From Eledone cirrhosa (Eukaryota), in NCBI GenBank assembly GCA_964016885.1, contig OZ024761.1:24304001-24368000 (forward strand): a DNA stretch of 64,000 nt, written 5' to 3'. Within the stretch, counting starts at the first letter, position 1, and every line of letters starts with the position of its first letter. Under the pieces are notes generated by a model. That model ran no database searches, was not told the DNA's origin, and saw nothing but the letters and a program-made list of their open reading frames with translations. This document shows, piece by piece, positions 41,387-56,157 of the stretch. A program made the position numbers and the translations under genes.

Positions 41387-42545
41387 TACCCCCCTTCGGT
41401 TACGAATGACCATGGGATTTGTACCAAGGAACCTCTCCTCCGAGGCACAAGTCCGGGCAAGGTTGTTTGTGGAAGATCAGCGGTCATCCATACATACGAG
41501 ACTCCCGTCTCCACGTCGCCGATGTTGTCCAAGAGAAAGGCAATGGCTGATACAGCTTGGCACCAGTGACATCTCATCATATATATATATATATACATTA
41601 TATACACACTGTATAAACTGTATACACACTATATAAACTATATACACACTATATAAACTATATACACACTATATATGATGTTGTCCAAGAGAAAGGCAAT
41701 GTCTGATACAGCTTGGCACCAGCGACATCACATCATATATATATATATATACATTATATACACACTGTATAAACTGTATACACACTATATAAACTATATA
41801 CACACTATATAAACTATATACACACTATATATGATGTTGTCCAAGAGAAAGGCAATGTCTGATACAGCTTGGCACCAGCGACATCACATCATATATATAT
41901 ATATATATATACATTATATACACACTGTATAAACTATATACACACTATATAAACTATATACACACTATATAAACTATATACACACTATATATGATGTTGT
42001 CCAAGAGAAAGGCAATGTCTGATACAGCTTGGCACCAGCGACATCACATCATATATATATATATATACATTATATACACACTGTATAAACTGTATACACA
42101 CTATATAAACTATATACACACTATATAAACTATATACACACTATATAAACTATATACACACTATATGTGATGTTGTCCAAGAGAAAGGCAATGTCTGATA
42201 CAGCTTGGCACCAGTGACGTCACATCATATATATATATATACATTATATACACCAATAATGCACTGGTGAATTGCTGGCCTTGCGCCAAAAGTAGAAACA
42301 ATTATATACACACTATATAAACTATATATACACTATATATACACTATATATACACTATATATGATGTTGTCAAAGAGAAAGGGAATGCTTGATACAGCTT
42401 GGCACCAGTGACGTCACAGCTAATTTCTAAAGCTGAGTAAATTGGATCAACGAAAAATAAAATGTCTTCTTTAAGGGTACATAGAGTACATCACCCGATA
42501 TGAGAATCGAACTCACAACTTCACGATTGCAAGCCCATCGATATG
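41387..42545 (-). mobile_element. SINE (family B, long form) interrupted by an internal tandem amplification
   Basis: 3' part 41387-41575; head with reverse B box gaatcgaact near 42505; internal segment gatgttgtccaagagaaaggcaatg.ctgatacagcttggcaccag present 6 times. Confidence 0.8.
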
Positions 42546-42699
42546 AGTGGTTAAATATTACATATGATTGATGCAATTGTATTTCTCGCCTTGATAATTA
42601 TTCACAGAGGGCGCCGCTGTTTGTGTTTTTGTTGTTTTCAATGCTATAACTTAGTTAACTTTTCATTTTCTGTGAAGTTGTCAGATGAAATGAATATAT

Positions 42700-42709
42700 A
42701 TTTATATAT

Positions 42710-42763
<54 letters not shown>

Positions 42764-42829
42764 GTTTAAAAAGATATAAATGTATTCGTGTGCGAATAGA
42801 AAGAAGTGTGAGTGCGTGTGTTAGCAAAA

Positions 42830-42873
<44 letters not shown>

Positions 42874-42877
42874 GTAT

Positions 42878-42915
<38 letters not shown>

Positions 42916-42924
42916 GCATATACA

Positions 42925-42956
<32 letters not shown>

Positions 42957-42957
42957 C

Positions 42958-43004
<47 letters not shown>

Positions 43005-43075
43005 CATATATACATATATATACATACATATATATATATACATACATATATATATATACACACATATATATATAA

Positions 43076-43166
<91 letters not shown>

Positions 43167-43199
43167 CATACACACACATACATATATATTCACATATAT

Positions 43200-43236
<37 letters not shown>

Positions 43237-43371
43237 CACACATATATATTCACATACACATCTATATTTATATATATATATACATACACACACACACATA
43301 TATATTCACATATATACACATATATATTTATATATATACATACACACACACACATATATATTCACATATAT

Positions 43372-43438
<67 letters not shown>

Positions 43439-43499
43439 CACACACACATATATATTCACATATATACACATATATATTCATATATATATATATGTGTGT

Positions 43500-43535
<36 letters not shown>

Positions 43536-43690
43536 GACACGACAAATGGTTATCGACACATATTTTCACGAAATATTATATTATATTCTACTTTAATGAA
43601 TTTCACAGTTAATAAAACTTTCTTTTTCTTATTTTTTTTAATTTTTTATTACCCCCTTCTTTTCATATCGTCTGTCGCTCACTGTCCCCT

Positions 43691-43733
<43 letters not shown>

Positions 43734-43829
43734 TACTTACAAATACAGGCATAAGACCAGTAGTTTTATTGGGAAGACAATGTCGGATATATGTGTGTAT
43801 ACATATATATATATATATATGTATATGTA

Positions 43830-43873
<44 letters not shown>

Positions 43874-43913
43874 CTATAAGCATGTATATATATGTCATAT
43901 ACTTATCTATATA

Positions 43914-43957
<44 letters not shown>

Positions 43958-44065
43958 TATATACATACACACACACTCACACAGACACAGCTATATGTGT
44001 GCGTGTGTGTATAGATACATATGCATATAAGCATGTATAGATATGCATATATGTGTATGTATAAA

Positions 44066-44117
<52 letters not shown>

Positions 44118-44204
44118 CACATATATATATATATATATACATATATATAGGTATATATTTAAATATACACATATATGCATATATGTATATGTGTATGTAT
44201 AAAT

Positions 44205-44249
<45 letters not shown>

Positions 44250-44684
44250 GTGCATATATATATATGTATATATATATATATAAGTATATATATAAGTATA
44301 TATATAGATATATAACTAGATAGGTAGGTAGGTGTGTAGAAAAGCTTTCAATTAGTTGGATCTTTCGTCATGAAAATGTGACTAATTTTCAGTAGTTATT
44401 TTACGAAACATGTTTCATATTTGACGGAGTGTGTGTGTATATATACATGTGTGCGTGTGTGTGTATATATATATATATATATGCATGTATATATATATAT
44501 AGATACACACACATTTATATATATTTATATACATATACACACATATATTCATATATATGTGTATTTATAGAGAGGCACACAAACCCACATATATACATTA
44601 CATATAAATACATATTTGAAAATGCATGAATGTATGTTTGTATAAATATATGTAGGTAAGCTACACACACACGTCAAATGTGTG

Positions 44685-44720
<36 letters not shown>

Positions 44721-44964
44721 ATAGATATATATTTATATAATATATATATATATATAAGTATATATATGTATGTATATATATATATCTATATCTATATATA
44801 TGTATATATATTTATATAATATATATATATATAAGTATATATATGTATGTATATATATATATTTATATATATATATATTTATATAATATATATATATATT
44901 TATATATTATATATATATATAAATATATATATATATAAGTATATATAAGTATATATATATATAA

Positions 44965-45013
<49 letters not shown>

Positions 45014-45206
45014 TATACATATATATACTTAAAAATATATATACTTATACATATATATACTTATATATATTATATATATATATATATTATATATATATAT
45101 ATATTATATATATATATATTATATATATATATATGTTATATATATATATTATATATATATATTATATATATATACATATATATACATATATATATATACT
45201 TATATA

Positions 45207-45249
<43 letters not shown>

Positions 45250-45268
45250 TATACTTATATATAAATAT

Positions 45269-45314
<46 letters not shown>

Positions 45315-45416
45315 TATACTTATATATATATATTATATAAATATATATATATATATATTATATAAATATATATATTATATAAATATATATATATACATGT
45401 ATATATATTTATATAA

Positions 45417-45469
<53 letters not shown>

Positions 45470-46220
45470 TATGTATATATATATAAATATATATATATGT
45501 ATACATATATATATATGTATACTTATATATATATATGTATGTGTAAATATATGTATATGTAAATATATATATATGTACATATACATATATATATATACAT
45601 ATATATATACATATATATATATGTACATATACATATATATATACATATATATATATATATGTACATATACATATATATATACATATATATATATATATGT
45701 ACATATATATATACATATATATATACATATATACATATATATATATATATATGTATATTACTTCAAAATATTAATAAATATAGACATTCATGTGATCAAA
45801 TATATTTTATTATACATATTTCAGAGGTACTGAGCTATTTCAACAGTACGTCCTCATCAGATAAAATAAGTTGATGTCTGACATACCTTGACTATGATGA
45901 TGGTTATATTTTAGTCATGGCAGTGATTAGTTATGACAAAACTTGATGTTTATATACCTTAAGTTGAAACATGAAAAATTACATATAATACAGAGGGTGT
46001 TTATGGGAATGTGTATAAAGATATATAAATAATTAGTAATATATAATACATAAACTTACATAACTGTTAACATATATATATATATTTATATATATATATA
46101 TATATATGTATATGTAAATATATATATATATGTATATATATATATATTTGTGTAAATATACGTATATATATGTGTGTGTATATATATGTAAATATATATA
46201 TATGTATATATATATGTATA

Positions 46221-46257
<37 letters not shown>

Positions 46258-46361
46258 GTAAATATACGTATATATATGTGTGTATATATATGTATATATA
46301 TATATATATGTATGTAATATATATGTATGTATGTATATATATATGTGTGTGTATATATATG

Positions 46362-46398
<37 letters not shown>

Positions 46399-46423
46399 GT
46401 ATGTATATATATATATATGTATG

Positions 46424-46482
<59 letters not shown>

Positions 46483-46573
46483 GTATGTGTATATATATAT
46501 ATATATATATTTATGTATGTATATATATATATATATATGTATATATATGGATGTATATAAATATATATATATA

Positions 46574-46622
<49 letters not shown>

Positions 46623-46641
46623 ATATATATATATGTATGTG

Positions 46642-46670
<29 letters not shown>
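42700..46670. repeat. Extended (AT)n/(ATAC)n microsatellite region
   Basis: Direct reading. Confidence 0.9.
45803..45868 (-). ncRNA. Minimal type I hammerhead ribozyme, intact core
   Basis: tattttat CTGATGA gga-c-gtactg [ttgaaatagct] cagtac-c-tct GAAA t-atgt-a TA ataaaata; perfect 8-bp stem I; AATAAA overlaps the 3' arm. Confidence 0.75.
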
Positions 46671-46672
<2 letters not shown>

Positions 46673-46853
46673 AACGAAGGAATTGTGGTAAGGAACCAGA
46701 TGGACCATAACGCACCAGATTACTCAATACTTAGGGTAGTATAGTGGGAAATAGGAGAAAGTATGCCCCAGACGGCAGAGCTCAAGCCGTATCTGGCCAG
46801 AAATAGCCGTCGAAACGGCTTGAACTCTGCCGTCGGGGTCATACTTTTTCCTA
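46670..46853 (+). mobile_element. Hairpin-plus-tail element, copy C (more diverged)
   Basis: Same tail start (tataacgaaggaattgtgg) and same end (ttccta) as copy B. Confidence 0.85.
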
Positions 46854-46854
46854 T

Positions 46855-46887
<33 letters not shown>

Positions 46888-47245
46888 CTGAATGTGTCTC
46901 CGAGTGAGCTGTATATCTAATACGGAAAAGAGAGTCTGTAGGTGGCAACAACACACAACAACAACAACAACAACACCCACAACAACACAACAACAACGAC
47001 AACAATCCTATTAATCTATAGAAGAGGGAGTTCGTTGAGTGAAGGTTGGCCAGGAGGAGCTCTACACCAATATCTACATTTTCTAATATATTTTCTACGA
47101 AATAGTATTTAATTATTGTTTGAAAAGAAAACAAATATAACAACAATAATATTGCATGACAAGGTATAGAACGCCATTGTCGTTGGTTCCACCAACCTCA
47201 TTACATTCTTAATATCGCTGTGGTGTTTCATGTCGCTTTTACTAG

Positions 47246-49510
47246 TGTTGTTGTTGTTGGTGTTGGTGGTGTTGTTGTGGTGGTGTGGTTGTTGTTGTTG
47301 TTGTTGTTGGTGGTGGTGGTGTGGTTGTTGTTGTTGGTGGTGTTGTTGTTGTTGGTGTTGGTGGTGTGGTTGTTGTTCTTGGTGGTGGTGTGGTTGTTGT
47401 TGTTGGTGGTGTTGTTGGTGTTGGTGTTGGTGGTGTTGTTGTGGTGGTGTGGTTGTTGTGGTTGTTTGTTGGTGGTGTTGTTGTTGTTGTTGGTGTTGTT
47501 GTTGTGGTGATTGTTGTTGGTGGTGGTGTGGTTGTTGTTGGTGCTGTGGTTGTTGTGGTTGTTTGTTGGTGGCGTTGTTGTGGTGGTGTGGTTGTTGTTG
47601 GTGGTGGTGTGTTTGTTGTTGGTGCTGTGGTTGTTGTGGTTGTTTGTTGGTGGTGTTGTTGTTGTTGGTGTTGTTGTTGTTGTTGGTGGTGTGGTTGTTG
47701 TGGTTGTTGTTGGTGGTGGTGTGATTGTTGTTGGTGGTGGTGTGGTTGTTGTTGGTGGTGGTGTGTTTGTTGTTGGTGCTGTGGTTGTTGTGGTTGTTTG
47801 TTGGTGGTGTTGTTGTTGTTGGTGTTGTTGTTGTTGTTGGTGGTGTGGTTGTTGTGGTTGTTGTTGGTGGTGGTGTGATTGTTGTTGGTGGTGGTGTGGT
47901 TGTTGTTGGTGGTGGTGTGTTTGTTGTTGGTGCTGTGGTTGTTGTGGTTGTTTGTTGGTGGTGTTGTTGTTGTTGGTGTTGTTGTTGTTGTTGGTGGTGT
48001 GGTTGTTGTGGTTGTTGTTGGTGGTGGTGTGATTGTTGTTGGTGGTGGTGTGGTTGTTGTTGGTGGTGGTGTGTTTGTTGTTGGTGCTGTGGTTGTTGTG
48101 GTTGTTTGTTGGTGGTGTTGTTGTTGTTGGTGTTGTTGTTGTTGTTGGTGGTGTGGTTGTTGTGGTTGTTGTTGGTGGTGGTGTGATTGTTGTTGGTGGT
48201 GGTGTGTTTGTTGTTGGTGCTGTGGTTGTTGTGGTTGTTTGTTGGTGGTGTTGTTGTTGTTGGTGTTGTTGTTGTTGGTGGTGTGGTTGTTGTGGTTGTT
48301 GTTGGTGGTGGTGTGATTGTTGTTGGTGGTGGTGTGTTTGTTGTTGGTGCTGTGGTTGTTGTGGTTGTTTGTTGGTGGTGTTGTTGTTGTTGGTGTTGTT
48401 GTTGTTGTTGGTGGTGTGGTTGTTGTGGTTGTTGTTGGTGGTGGCGTGATTGTTGTTGGTGGTGGTGTGGTTGTTGTTGGTGCTGTGGTTGTTGTGGTTG
48501 TTTGTTGGTGGTGTTGTTGTTGTTGGTGTTGTTGTTGTTGTTGGTGGTGTGGTTGTTGTGGTTGTTGGTGGTGGTGTGTTTGTTGTTGGTGCTGTGGTTG
48601 TTGTGGTTGTTTGTTGGTGGTGTTGTTGTTGTTGGTGTTGTTGTTGTTGTTGGTGGTGTGGTTGTTGTGGTTGTTGTTGGTGGTGGTGTGATTGTTGTTG
48701 GTGGTGGTGTGGTTGTTGTTGGTGCTGTGGTTGTTGTGGTTGTTTGTTGGTGGTGGTGGTGTGGTTGTTGTTGTTGGTGGTGTTGTTGTTGTTGGTGTTG
48801 GTGGTGTGGTTGTTGTTGTTGGTGGTGGTGTGGTTGTTGTTGTTGGTGGTGTGGTTGTTGTTGGTGGTGGTGGTGTGGTTGTTGTTGTTGGTGGTGTTGT
48901 TGTTGTTGGTGTTGGTGGTGTGGCTGTTGTTGTTGGTGGTGGTGTGGTTGTTGTTGTTGGTGGTGTGGTTGTTGTTGTTGGTGGTGGTGTGGTTGTTGTT
49001 GTTGTTGGTGGTGTTGTTGGTGTTGGTGTTGGTGGTGTTGTTGTGGTGGTGTGGTTGTTGTTGTTGGTGTTGGTGGTGTTGTTGTGGTGGTGTGGTTGTT
49101 GTTGTTGGTGTTGGTGGTGTTGTTGTGGTGGTGTGGTTGTTGTTGTTGTTGTAGATGGTGGTGTGGTTGTTGTTGTTGTTGTTGTTGTAGATGGTGGTGT
49201 GGTTGTTGTGGTTGTTGTTGGTGGTGGTGTGGTTGTTGTTGGTGGTGCTGTGGTTGTTGTGGTTGTTTGTTGGTGGTGTTGTTGTTGTTGGTGTTGTTGT
49301 TGTTGTTGGTGGTGTGGTTGTTGTGGTTGTTGTGGTTGTTTGTTGGTGGTGCTGTTGTTGTTGTTGGTGGTGTGGTTGTTGTGGTTGTGGTTGTTGTGGT
49401 TGTGGTGGTTGTTGTTGGTGGTGGTGTGGTTGTTGTTGGTGCTGTGGTTGTTGTGGTTGTTTGTTGGTGGCGTTGTTGTTGTTGTTGGTGTTGTTGTTGT
49501 TGTTGTTGAT
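47246..49510. repeat. (GTT/GGT) tract with a 154-bp higher-order repeat in its middle part
   Basis: gtgattgttgttggtggtggtgtg recurs at 154-bp spacing (47725, 47879, 48033, 48187), then about 130 bp. Confidence 0.9.
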
Positions 49511-49584
49511 TTATAAAATGTTTGTTTCCGTGAACGAACGCCTGCAACGGAGCTCCGGAAAGGATTAGGTTTATTATTATTATA

Positions 49585-49775
49585 GGGCCGTGGATTGATA
49601 GTATTGGTAGAATGTCAGACACCATGTTTGCAGCATAGAGTTACGGACCTTTACAGTCTGAATCCAAATCTCACCGAGGTTAACTTTGCCTTTCGTCCTT
49701 ACGGGGTCAATAAAATAAAGTACCAGTAATGTACTGGGGTAATTGCTGGCCTTGTGCTAACATTAGAAACAATTA
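49585..49775 (+). mobile_element. tRNA-derived SINE (family A)
   Basis: Homology to 23909-24100. Confidence 0.85.
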
Positions 49776-49794
49776 TTATTACTATTATTATTAT

Positions 49795-49965
49795 GTCAGT
49801 ATCGGTAGAGCGCCGGACAACATAGAGTTATGTCCCTTTACGTTCTGAGTTAAAATCCCGCCTAGGTTAACTTTGCCTTTCATCCTTACGGGAGTCAATA
49901 AAATAAAGTACCAGTAATGCACTGGGGTAATTGCTGGCCTTGTGCATCAATCAGAAACCATTATT
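49795..49965 (+). mobile_element. tRNA-derived SINE (family A), tandem second copy
   Basis: Homology to 23909-24100; follows the (ATT)n tail of the previous copy. Confidence 0.85.
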
Positions 49966-50614
49966 ATTATGACATACTTCTTCAGGTTTCACCTGAAGAG
50001 AAAAATCAATATGGAGAGAGAAATTGTGACTTTTTAACCAGCGAGATGGACGATACGGTATGATTGTTTTTCTTAACTGTCACCATATTGGCACGGCTGG
50101 TCTCGCTTGGTGGGGGGACCCAGCTGGATGAAGTGGAGACTGATGCCTTTAGCAGGACACCGGACACCCTGGAAGGAGTGTTTGAGGACTCTGACTCTTC
50201 ACCACCCTCCATGGAAGAAGTGGAAGAAGAAGAAGAAAGAGAAGAGGAAAATGAAGGAAAAGAAGAAAAAGAAGAAAAGGAGAAGGAAAAGAAAAAGAAA
50301 AAGAAAAGAAGAAGGAAAGAAGAAAAGAAGAAAAGAAGAAAAAGAAGTATTATTGGTTGAATGGAAGGAGGGGCTTGTGGCAAAGATAGCAAGAACCCCC
50401 CCCCCCCCCAAACGAACTTTAGCAGATTTACAAAACAATATTAACTAAATAGAATTTAACAATTAAGAATTGAAAAAAATAATTAACTAAATAGAATTTT
50501 ACAATTGAAATTGAAAAATAACTAACCAAATAGAATTTAGCAATTAAAAGGAAATATTAGTTAAATAGAATCTAACAATTAAAATTGAAGAAACAATTAT
50601 ATTTATTTGTTTAT

Positions 50615-50703
<89 letters not shown>

Positions 50704-50940
50704 GTAATAATAATGAATATGAAGACTAAAATATATATATTTGTAGTAAGGTTGCTTGGATGCGTCCATAGGCGGTATGACAGAGGATTTGCTTCGAAGT
50801 CATTAGACGTATCTCAGGAACTTGCGAATCCAGAGTCAGGTTCGATCCACAAATAGATCGCACCTCGAGCTTTTCGCCGGAGAAACAATTGTAATACGTA
50901 ATAAATTGAGTTCCGATGCATCACTGATTCTTCGTTTTCC

Positions 50941-50985
<45 letters not shown>

Positions 50986-51567
50986 TAAAATAACAGATTA
51001 AAGTTTAAGCAGAAAATTGCTGCTTTCACCCTTAACAGGATCTTCTGAAATCTTTTGATATATATTTATCCTTATCGAGCCCTCTTTGGATTTTAGTCTT
51101 CAAATTTATTATTATTACTATATATATATATGACATAGTAAACTTAAGCCAACATCCTGATTTGGGGGTATATAAGATAGACCGACAAAAATAAGTCGAT
51201 GTTGGAATAGCCAATATTGGAAGAATTACAATACCGTCTTCAGGGTGAAAATTCTTTTCTGTAGTGTGTCGTTTACTTTGTGTGTGACTGTGCGTGTATA
51301 TATATATATATATATGGGTGTGTTTGTGTGTGCATTGAAAAAAAAAAGAAGTCGGGCGTAGGTAGAGAGTTAGTTCATTGTTTTACAATCGTTTCCGAGT
51401 GTCGATTGACAGATGGAGATCGATGTACCGAATAGCATGGTAGTGATTAAATTACTGCCTAATTCTGTATATGTGTATATGTGTGTAGGATATTTAAAAA
51501 CAAAATTTACGTGTGTAAATATGTAATAAGCACAAAAACATTTTGCATAATGTAAACACATCTCCCC

Positions 51568-51607
<40 letters not shown>

Positions 51608-51608
51608 A

Positions 51609-51641
<33 letters not shown>

Positions 51642-51724
51642 AAATCTGTTTGTAGATACACAAAACTATATATGTATATATATATTGAAAGGATAACAAG
51701 GACGATTGGTTACTCCTTCATTAC

Positions 51725-51792
51725 ATTTATTGGTAGGTGACGCGCGTTTCGCCACTGATCAGCTCAAGGTTCGAACTGTATCGATCCTACCC
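51725..51792 (-). ncRNA. Decayed Penelope-type hammerhead motif
   Basis: Minus strand ggtagg..cagttcga acc ttgagctg atcagtggc GAAAC gcgc GTC acctacc AATAAA; CUGAUGA box disrupted. Confidence 0.5.
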
Positions 51793-51843
51793 GACTCAAT
51801 GATCGGCAGCTCGACGGACCCTTTAAAATGCTATAAGAAAATG

Positions 51844-51874
<31 letters not shown>

Positions 51875-51976
51875 AATATGCATATGTACACGTATATGTA
51901 CACACACATTTATGTATACTTCCATTTATGTATCAGCTGTGCTAGGGCGAGAAATAACATTTTTTAAATTTTTATG

Positions 51977-52008
<32 letters not shown>

Positions 52009-52037
52009 CGCACTTATACACACACATAAGTATATGT

Positions 52038-52072
<35 letters not shown>

Positions 52073-52197
52073 CACACACAAATATATATACACACACATA
52101 TATGTATATATATATATATGCACACACATACATACATACACATATATATACACACAGGCATACATACGCACACACATATATACACACACACACACAC

Positions 52198-52264
<67 letters not shown>

Positions 52265-52604
52265 AATATATATATATACACACATTTATATATACACACA
52301 CACACATACACATATATATATATATATATATACACATGTATACACGCAGACAAACACACACACACGTACACATACACACACGTACACCCACACACACACG
52401 TACACACAGACCTAACATATATGCAAGACATGTCTAGGGAGTGAAGGGTAATTAAAGGGTGTGTTTGTGTGTTTATTGTTGTTGTTAACTCTCCAACTGG
52501 TGACAATCAGATAGCAGCTACCAATGTGATACAAGAGTGAAAAAACTTATCGAAGATCTAAAACTGGAACAACAACCATTAAAACAACATGAAAAATAAA
52601 GTTG

Positions 52605-53307
52605 GTGATCGTTATAGTGGTGATAAATGTAGTGGTGGAGGTGGTGGTGGTGGTAGTTATGGTGGTGGTGTGGTGGTGTGGTGGTATGGCGGTGGTGTGG
52701 TGGTGGTGGTTGTGGTGTGGTGGTGGTGGTGGTGGTGGGAGTGGTTGTGACGGTAGTGGTGGTGTGGTGTGGTGGTGGTGGTAGTGGTGGTGGTGGTGTA
52801 ATGGTGGTAGTGGTGGTGGTGGTTTGGTGTTGTGGTGTGGTGGTGCTGTGGTGTGGTGGTATGGCGGTGGTGGTGGTGTGGTGGTGGTGTGGTGTGGTGG
52901 TGGTGTGGTGTGGTGGTGGTGTGGTGTGGTGGTAGTGTGGCGGTGGTGGTGTGGTGTGGTGGTGGTGTGGTGGTGTGGTGGTGGTCTGGTGGTGTGGTGG
53001 TGCGAGGTGGTGGTGGTGTGGTGGTGGTGTGGTGTGGTGTGTGGTGTAGCGGTGTGTGGTGGTGGGGTGGTGGTGTGGTGGTGGTGTGGTGTGGTGTGTG
53101 GTGTAGCGGAGTGTGGTGGTGGGGTGGTGTGTGGTGGTGGGGTGTATATATCTGATGGTGATTGCGATGGTGATGATAATTGTGACTATGTTAAATAGAA
53201 GGTGTGTGTGGTAGGGGTGGCGGTATATATAGTGATGATGGTGGTGACGCTGATGAAGATGCTGGTTGCGGTGGTGATGATGATGATGATAATGGCGATG
53301 ATGATGG

Positions 53308-53339
<32 letters not shown>

Positions 53340-55370
53340 GGTGATGATGGTGATGGTTATAATGGCGGTGATATTACACCCCCACCCCCACCCCACAACA
53401 CCACCATATACCCCCACAACACCACCACACACTCCCACAACACCACCATACACTCCCACAACACCACACACTCCCTCAAACACCACCACACACCCACAAC
53501 ACCACCATACACTCCCACAACACTATCACATTCCCACAACGCCACCACACACACACCCACAACACCACCATACACTACCTCATTCCCACAACACCACCAC
53601 ACATTCCCACAACGCCACCACACACGCCCACAACTCCACCACACACTCCCACAACACCACCATACACTACCTCATTCCCACAACACCACCACACATTCCC
53701 ACAACGCCACCACACACGCCCACAACACTACCACACACTCCCACAACACTACCACAGTCCCACAACACCACACACTTCCACAACACCACCACACACTTCC
53801 ACAACACCACCACACACCCACAACGCCACCACCACATTCCCACAACATCATTACAACACTCCAACAACACCACTACACACACCCACAACCCCACCATACA
53901 CTCCCACAACACCACCACACTCCCACAACACCACCACACACCCACAATAACACCACACACCCACAACACCACCACACTCCCACAACACCACCACCACACT
54001 CCCACAACACCACCACACACCCACAACACCACCACACTCCCACAACACCACCACAACACCACCACCACACTCCCACAACACCACCACACACTCCCACAAC
54101 ACCACCATACATCCACAACACAACCACACACCCACAACACCACCACCACACTCCCACAACACCACAACACCACCACACACCCACAACACCACCACACACC
54201 CACAATAACACCACACACTCCCACAACACCACCATGCTCCCACAACACCACCGAACTCCCACAACACCACCACCCCACTCCCACAACACCACCACCACAC
54301 TCACACAACACCACCACCACACTCCCACAACGCCACCACACAACCACAATAACACCACCACACTCCCACAACACCCCCACACCTCCACAACACCGATTAT
54401 TAATATGCAAAGAAAAAAGAAAAAAAAAACCCCAAAATTATTTAATTAAGAAAATATTAATTGAACTAATTTAATTCTGTGAAGAAATGGAATGGAGTTA
54501 AAATTTTTATAAAATTGGAACTACCTTTATTAAGAGTTGTAGTGGTGGTGGTGGTGGTGGTGTGGTGTTGATGTCGTAGTGGTGGTAGTGGTGGTAGTAT
54601 AGTGGTGTTGGTGTACTGGTGGTGGTGTTGGTGTACTGGTGGTCGTGGTGGTGTACTGGTGGTGGTGGTAGTGTTGGTGTACTGGTAGTGGTGGTGGTGG
54701 TGGTGTTGGTGTGGTGGTGGTGTAGTGGTGGTGGTGGTGGTACTGATGGTGGTAGTTGTGGTAATGGTGATGGTGATGGTGATGGTGGTAGTGGTGGTGA
54801 TGGTGGTAGTAGTGGTAATGGTGGTAGTGGTGGTGTCGGTGGTAGTTGTGGTAATGGTGATGGTGGTAGTGGTGATGTTGGTGGTAGTGGTAGTGATGGT
54901 GGTAGTTGTGGTAATGGTGATGGTGGTAGTTGTGGTAATGGTGGTAGTGGTGGTGTCGGTGGTAGTTGTGGTAATGGTGGTAGTGGTAGTGGTGGTGTTG
55001 GTGGTAGTGGTAGTGATGGTGGTAGTTGTGGTAATGGTGATGGTGGTAGTACTGGTAATGGTGGTAGTGGTGGTGTCGGTGGTAGTTATGGTGATGGTGG
55101 TAGTGGTGGTGTCGGTTGTAGTGGTAGTGATGGTGGTAGTTGTGGTAATGGTGATGGTGTTGGTGGTAGTTGTGGTAATGGTGGTAGTGGTGGTGTCGGT
55201 GGTAGTGGTAGTGATGGTGGTAGTTGTGGTAATGGTGATGGTGTTAGTGGTAGTTGTGGTAGTGGTGGTGTCGGTGGTAGTGGTACTGATGGTGGTAGTT
55301 GATGGTAGTGGTAATAGTGGTGGTGGTAATGGTAATGGTAGTGGTGGTAATGGTAGTGGTGGTGGTGGGA
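52605..55370. repeat. (GGT/GTGTG), (CCACA/CAA) and (GGT/AGT) low-complexity tracts
   Basis: Direct reading. Confidence 0.9.
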
Positions 55371-55882
55371 GATGGTTTCTAGTTGTGTTGCTGAAAAACG
55401 ACCAAAATTTGGTAAAAAAATAATCACCCCTCCCCCTACACCCCCCCCCCCACACACACACAAATTCGAAAAATTGAAAAATAATAAAAAATAAAATAAA
55501 ATAAATAATTACAAAAATAAATGAAGTGAAATTATTAATAAATTAAAATGGGTAATCAATTAAAATAAACTGGGAAATTAATTAGAAATTAGAATAATTA
55601 AAGAAGAAAATAAATGGAGATAGATAACTTGATCAGGGGATAGGTTTCATTGGAACTTTATACACCCTTCCATATACACACACGTGTGTATATATGAATA
55701 CACATATGTATATAAACATATACAGCGATATACAGATACATTCGTATGTCTATATATGTGTGTTTATATATATATGCATGTATATGTATGCGTGTGTATG
55801 TATATATATATATATACATACATATTTATACACATACATACATACATATATATATATATATGTATATATATGTATGTATGTA

Positions 55883-55930
<48 letters not shown>

Positions 55931-56108
55931 TACATACGTATACACACACATATACATACATATATGCGCACAGACGCACATATGGAAACATACAAACATA
56001 TTTTTATAGTTATAAAGGTATATATGCAAATTTGAATATAAATATATATATATATATATAAATATATATGTATATATATAAATATATATATATATAAATA
56101 TATATATA

Positions 56109-56157
<49 letters not shown>

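Noticed and set aside
41521-42420. Repeat-spacer pattern resembling CRISPR
   Set aside because: Spacers are near-identical AT microsatellite, the repeat is a SINE segment, and there are no cas genes in this eukaryotic context
47109-49625. 838-aa ORF and other long poly-T/Q/H/V/G/YI ORFs
   Set aside because: Translations of stop-poor microsatellites, open in several frames and on both strands; no domain content
51040-51250. Possible split hammerhead (minus-strand CTGAAGA plus stem near 51213-51243)
   Set aside because: No GAAA after the stem; reconstruction needs an unsupported large insertion
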